IMG/VR virus record: IMGVR_UViG_3300036466_000132 | Reading direction: 5' to 3' (one strand) | Source: a virus | DNA: 51,038 nt | In this document: positions 48,640 through 51,038 of the stretch, piece by piece | How positions within the stretch are numbered: position 1 is the first letter of the stretch | Layout: every line of letters starts with the position of its first letter | Made by a program: the position numbers and the translations under genes | The notes under the pieces: model-generated | What the model saw: only the letters and a program-made list of their open reading frames with translations | Told to the model about the DNA's origin: nothing | Databases searched by the model: none

Positions 48640-48788
48640 ACCGCACCCAATCCCTCCCCTACGACGACACCCCCACAGGCCACTCATTCGCAGCGGCGTG
48701 GTGGACCCTTACCGGGTTCGGCGTGCTGGCTGGCGTGCTGCTGATCGGCCTGGCTGGCGAGGCGGCGATCTTTCACCTTTTCGGGTAA
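48636..48788 (+). CDS. Possible small membrane protein (50 aa)
   Basis: ATGA overlap with the HNH stop. TM segment WWTLTGFGVLAGVLLIGLAG. Confidence 0.35.
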   Translation: MNRTQSLPYDDTPTGHSFAAAWWTLTGFGVLAGVLLIGLAGEAAIFHLFG

Positions 48789-48834
48789 CACCAACTACTG
48801 ATCAGGCTGCGCGAGACGCGGCCAAGGAGAACTC

Positions 48835-49896
48835 ATGTCTACGGAATTGGCCCTCGTGCCGCCAAAGAAAACCGCACTGCAAGTCTTCCAAGCTGCGAAC
48901 GGGCTTGACCCGTACCTGCAGCAGATCCGCGCCGAGATCGATGCATTCGTGCCGGACGTGACCACGAAGAAAGGCCGCGACGCCATCGCATCGATTGCCC
49001 ACAAGGTAGCCCGATCCAAGACAGCGCTCGACAACGTGGGCAAGGATCTGGTCGCCGAGCTGAAGGAAATCCCGAAGAAGATCGACGCCGAGCGCAAGCG
49101 CATGCGCGACACGCTGGATGCTTGGAAGGATGAGGTGCGGGCGCCGCTGAATGAGTGGGAACAGGCCGAGGCGGATCGGGTTGCACGCCACACCGACCGA
49201 ATCGACTGGCTGCGCAACCGCGATGACCAGTTGGCCGAGCTTTCGGCCGCAGAGATTCAGGCCCGTATTGCCGAGGCTGAGGCCGTAGAGGTTGGGCCGG
49301 AGTGGGAAGAGTTCGAAGCCGAAGCGCATCGCGTCAAGGCTGCCACGCTCACCACCCTGCAGCTGGCACTGACCAAGCGGCAGGCATACGAAGCCGAACA
49401 AGCAGAACTCGAACGCCTCCGCGCCGAAGCCGCCCAGCGCGAGCAGAAGGAGCGCGAGGAGCGCATCGCCCGGGAAGCCGCCGAGCAAGCCCAGCGCGAA
49501 GCCGAGCAGCGCGCACAGGCCGAACGTGACGCAGCGAAAAAGCGCGAAGCAGACGCCAAGGCCGCAGCCGAACGCCGCGAGCTGGAACTGAAGCTGCAGG
49601 CCGAACAAGCAGAGCGCGAGAAGCTGGAAGCCCAGCAGCGTGCCGAGCAGGCGGAGCGAAAGGCGATAGACGATGCCCTGCTAGCTGTAGCAGAAGAACG
49701 CAAGCGCCAAGCCGACGAGCAGGCCCGCCAAGAAGCCGAGGCCAAGGCCCGCGAGGCGGACATCGCGCACAAGACCGCCGTCCTCACCTCGATCAAAGAG
49801 GCATTCATGGGCGCAGGAATTACCGAAGAACAGGCCAAAGCCATCATCAACATGATTCGCAAGGGCGAAGTGCCCAGCGTGTCGATTACCTACTGA
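48835..49896 (+). CDS. DUF1351-like coiled-coil protein of the recombination module
   Basis: AAGGAGAA SD. N-terminal LALVPPKKTALQVFQAANGLDPYLQQIRAEIDAFVPDVTTKKGRDAIAS. Long AEQAER-type charged helix. Upstream of ERF. Confidence 0.6.
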   Translation: MSTELALVPPKKTALQVFQAANGLDPYLQQIRAEIDAFVPDVTTKKGRDAIASIAHKVARSKTALDNVGKDLVAELKEIPKKIDAERKRMRDTLDAWKDEVRAPLNEWEQAEADRVARHTDRIDWLRNRDDQLAELSAAEIQARIAEAEAVEVGPEWEEFEAEAHRVKAATLTTLQLALTKRQAYEAEQAELERLRAEAAQREQKEREERIAREAAEQAQREAEQRAQAERDAAKKREADAKAAAERRELELKLQAEQAEREKLEAQQRAEQAERKAIDDALLAVAEERKRQADEQARQEAEAKAREADIAHKTAVLTSIKEAFMGAGITEEQAKAIINMIRKGEVPSVSITY

Positions 49897-49903
49897 GGCA
49901 GCC

Positions 49904-50653
49904 ATGAACACAGCAATTGCCCAGCGGCAGGAGTCAGCCGCAATCGTCCAGGCGACGGAATCGACAACGATCCTTCAGGTCATCCAGCGCGCCGCCGCAG
50001 ACCCGCAGTGCGACATCGAGAAGATGGAGCGCCTGATGGCCATGCACGAGCGGATGCAGGCGCGGAACGCCGAAGCCGAGTTCAGCGCGGCTATGGCAGA
50101 GATGCAGTGCGAGATTCCGAGCATTGCCGAGCGCGGCAAGGGGCACGGCTCCATCCGCTACGCCACGCTCGAGGACATTAACGACGTGATGAAGCCGATT
50201 ATGCAGCGCTACGGCTTTGCCATCTCCTTCAAGGTCGAGCATCACCAGGGCGGAATCAACGTCACCGGTATCCTGATGCACCGCGCCGGCCACCGGGAGC
50301 AGACGACGATGCTGCTACCGAGCGATACCAGCGGCAGCAAGAACGCGGTCCAGGCGGTTGCCTCGTCGGTCAGCTACGGCAAGCGCTATGTCATGTGCGC
50401 CATGCTGAACATCACGACCCGCGGAGAAGACGACGACGGCTATGCCGCGGCGCCGACGGCAACAGTGACCGCGCCGCAGGCGGCACAGCTGCGCGCGCTG
50501 CTGGAGAAGTGCAGCGACAAGGCCAAGACAGCATTCGAAGGCATGCACGGCACGCCGGAAAGCGTGGCCAAGGCTGAGTTCGACAAGGTGCTGGCAGCGC
50601 TAACCAAGTCGGCCAACAAGGCCAAGGAGTCTGGCAATGCAGATAATCCGTGA
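49904..50653 (+). CDS. erf: ERF-family single-strand annealing protein
   Basis: IRYATLEDINDVMKPIMQRYGFAISF...QAVASSVSYGKRYVMCAMLNI is typical of ERF. Confidence 0.8.
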   Translation: MNTAIAQRQESAAIVQATESTTILQVIQRAAADPQCDIEKMERLMAMHERMQARNAEAEFSAAMAEMQCEIPSIAERGKGHGSIRYATLEDINDVMKPIMQRYGFAISFKVEHHQGGINVTGILMHRAGHREQTTMLLPSDTSGSKNAVQAVASSVSYGKRYVMCAMLNITTRGEDDDGYAAAPTATVTAPQAAQLRALLEKCSDKAKTAFEGMHGTPESVAKAEFDKVLAALTKSANKAKESGNADNP

Positions 50654-51038
50654 AGTCGAGCAGGGGTCGGCCGATTGGCTGGCCCTTCGCCTGGGCATCG
50701 TGACCTGCTCCGAACTGAAATGCCTGCTGGTCAAAGGTGAGGGTCAAGCTGGGTTCGGTGCAGGCGCATTCACCTACATGGACACGCTGATAGGCGAGCG
50801 CATCACAGGCGAGGCGGCAGACCCATTCGGCGGCAACCGCCACACCGAGCGCGGGCATGAGCTGGAAGCCGTGGCCCGCGGCCTGTACGAGTCGCGCGAA
50901 GAGGTCGCCACGGAACAGGTGGCCATCATCCTGAATCACGGCATCGGTTATTCGCCGGACTCGCTGGTAGGCGCGGATGGCCTAACCGAGATCAAGACCA
51001 AGCTGCCGAAGTTTCAGGTCGGTGTGATCCTGGCCGGC
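50637..51038 (+). CDS. YqaJ-like exonuclease, N-terminal part (runs off the window end; continues at 1-343)
   Basis: MQIIREVEQGSADWLALRLGIVTCSELKCLL... is the YqaJ N-terminal signature. The frame is continuous with position 2 onward. Confidence 0.8.
   Translation, partial: MQIIREVEQGSADWLALRLGIVTCSELKCLLVKGEGQAGFGAGAFTYMDTLIGERITGEAADPFGGNRHTERGHELEAVARGLYESREEVATEQVAIILNHGIGYSPDSLVGADGLTEIKTKLPKFQVGVILAG
50912..51038. repeat. Right copy of the exact 127-bp terminal overlap
   Basis: Identical to 1-127. Confidence 0.9.

Larger units (their letters stand above)
1..50911. mobile_element. Complete genome unit of a temperate lambdoid siphovirus (excised/circular form with intact attP)
   Basis: All phage modules are present: lysogeny, recombination, replication, nin-like, Q, packaging, head, lambda-like tail, lysis. 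Bases 50912-51038 equal bases 1-127, so the unit length is 50,911 bp. Confidence 0.85.

Noticed and set aside
48802-49862. Minus-strand ORFs 48802-49608 and 49257-49862, with repetitive Ala/Ser/Arg or Leu/Gly/Phe sequence.
   Set aside because: They are antisense to the DUF1351-like gene. Their repetitiveness only mirrors the AEQAER-type charged coiled coil on the coding strand. This is not a DNA tandem repeat element.

Overview
The window is one complete, circularly closed genome of about 50.9 kb from a temperate lambdoid siphovirus. Bases 50912-51038 repeat bases 1-127 exactly, which looks like a 127-nt assembler overlap. The host is probably a high-GC, Pseudomonas-like gammaproteobacterium. 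The genome is in the excised or virion form, because it carries an intact attP rather than attL/attR.

Layout: two very long divergent transcription units leave a CI/Cro immunity region at about 42.4-43.9 kb and converge on attP at about 6.0-6.2 kb.

- Plus strand (early-left arm, about 43.9 kb through the junction to 6.0 kb): many small ORFs, a DUF1351-ERF-YqaJ-SSB recombination module, two HNH-AP2 endonucleases, a protein with a C-terminal DfrB/R67-type dihydrofolate reductase domain, Xis, a tyrosine integrase and a Lar-like anti-restriction gene.
- Minus strand (42.6 kb down to 6.2 kb): cro, RHH proteins, a T5orf172 insert, replication genes (O-like, DnaC-like), a nin-like region (TraR, NinB, HNH, lambda-type phosphatase, YbcO, DUF3310, RusA, HTH-metallophosphoesterase, zinc-finger HNH) and a Q-like antiterminator with candidate late promoter and terminators.
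- The same strand then carries an operon of about 26 kb: gp49-like, lambda-S-like holin, metallopeptidase, TerS/TerL, portal, head genes, lambda-like tail genes V-G/GT-H-M-L-K-J, tailspike, and only then endolysin and nested spanins.

The late operon is interrupted by AT-richer, terminator-bounded inserts ('morons'): KilA-N, an Imm-like membrane protein plus a lipoprotein, an opposite-strand O-antigen acyltransferase, and an HNH gene.

Items worth following up:
- the DfrB-like fusion
- a start-codon-less T frame reachable only by -1 frameshifting at a T7 run
- unannotated small ORFs, including the superinfection-immunity gene
- an attP whose core is the 3' end of a tmRNA/tRNA and is flanked by six 10-bp arm repeats
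- an unexplained iteron/palindrome array beside cI
- a holin separated from endolysin and spanins by about 25 kb

All family assignments come from reading motifs by eye. No searches were run.
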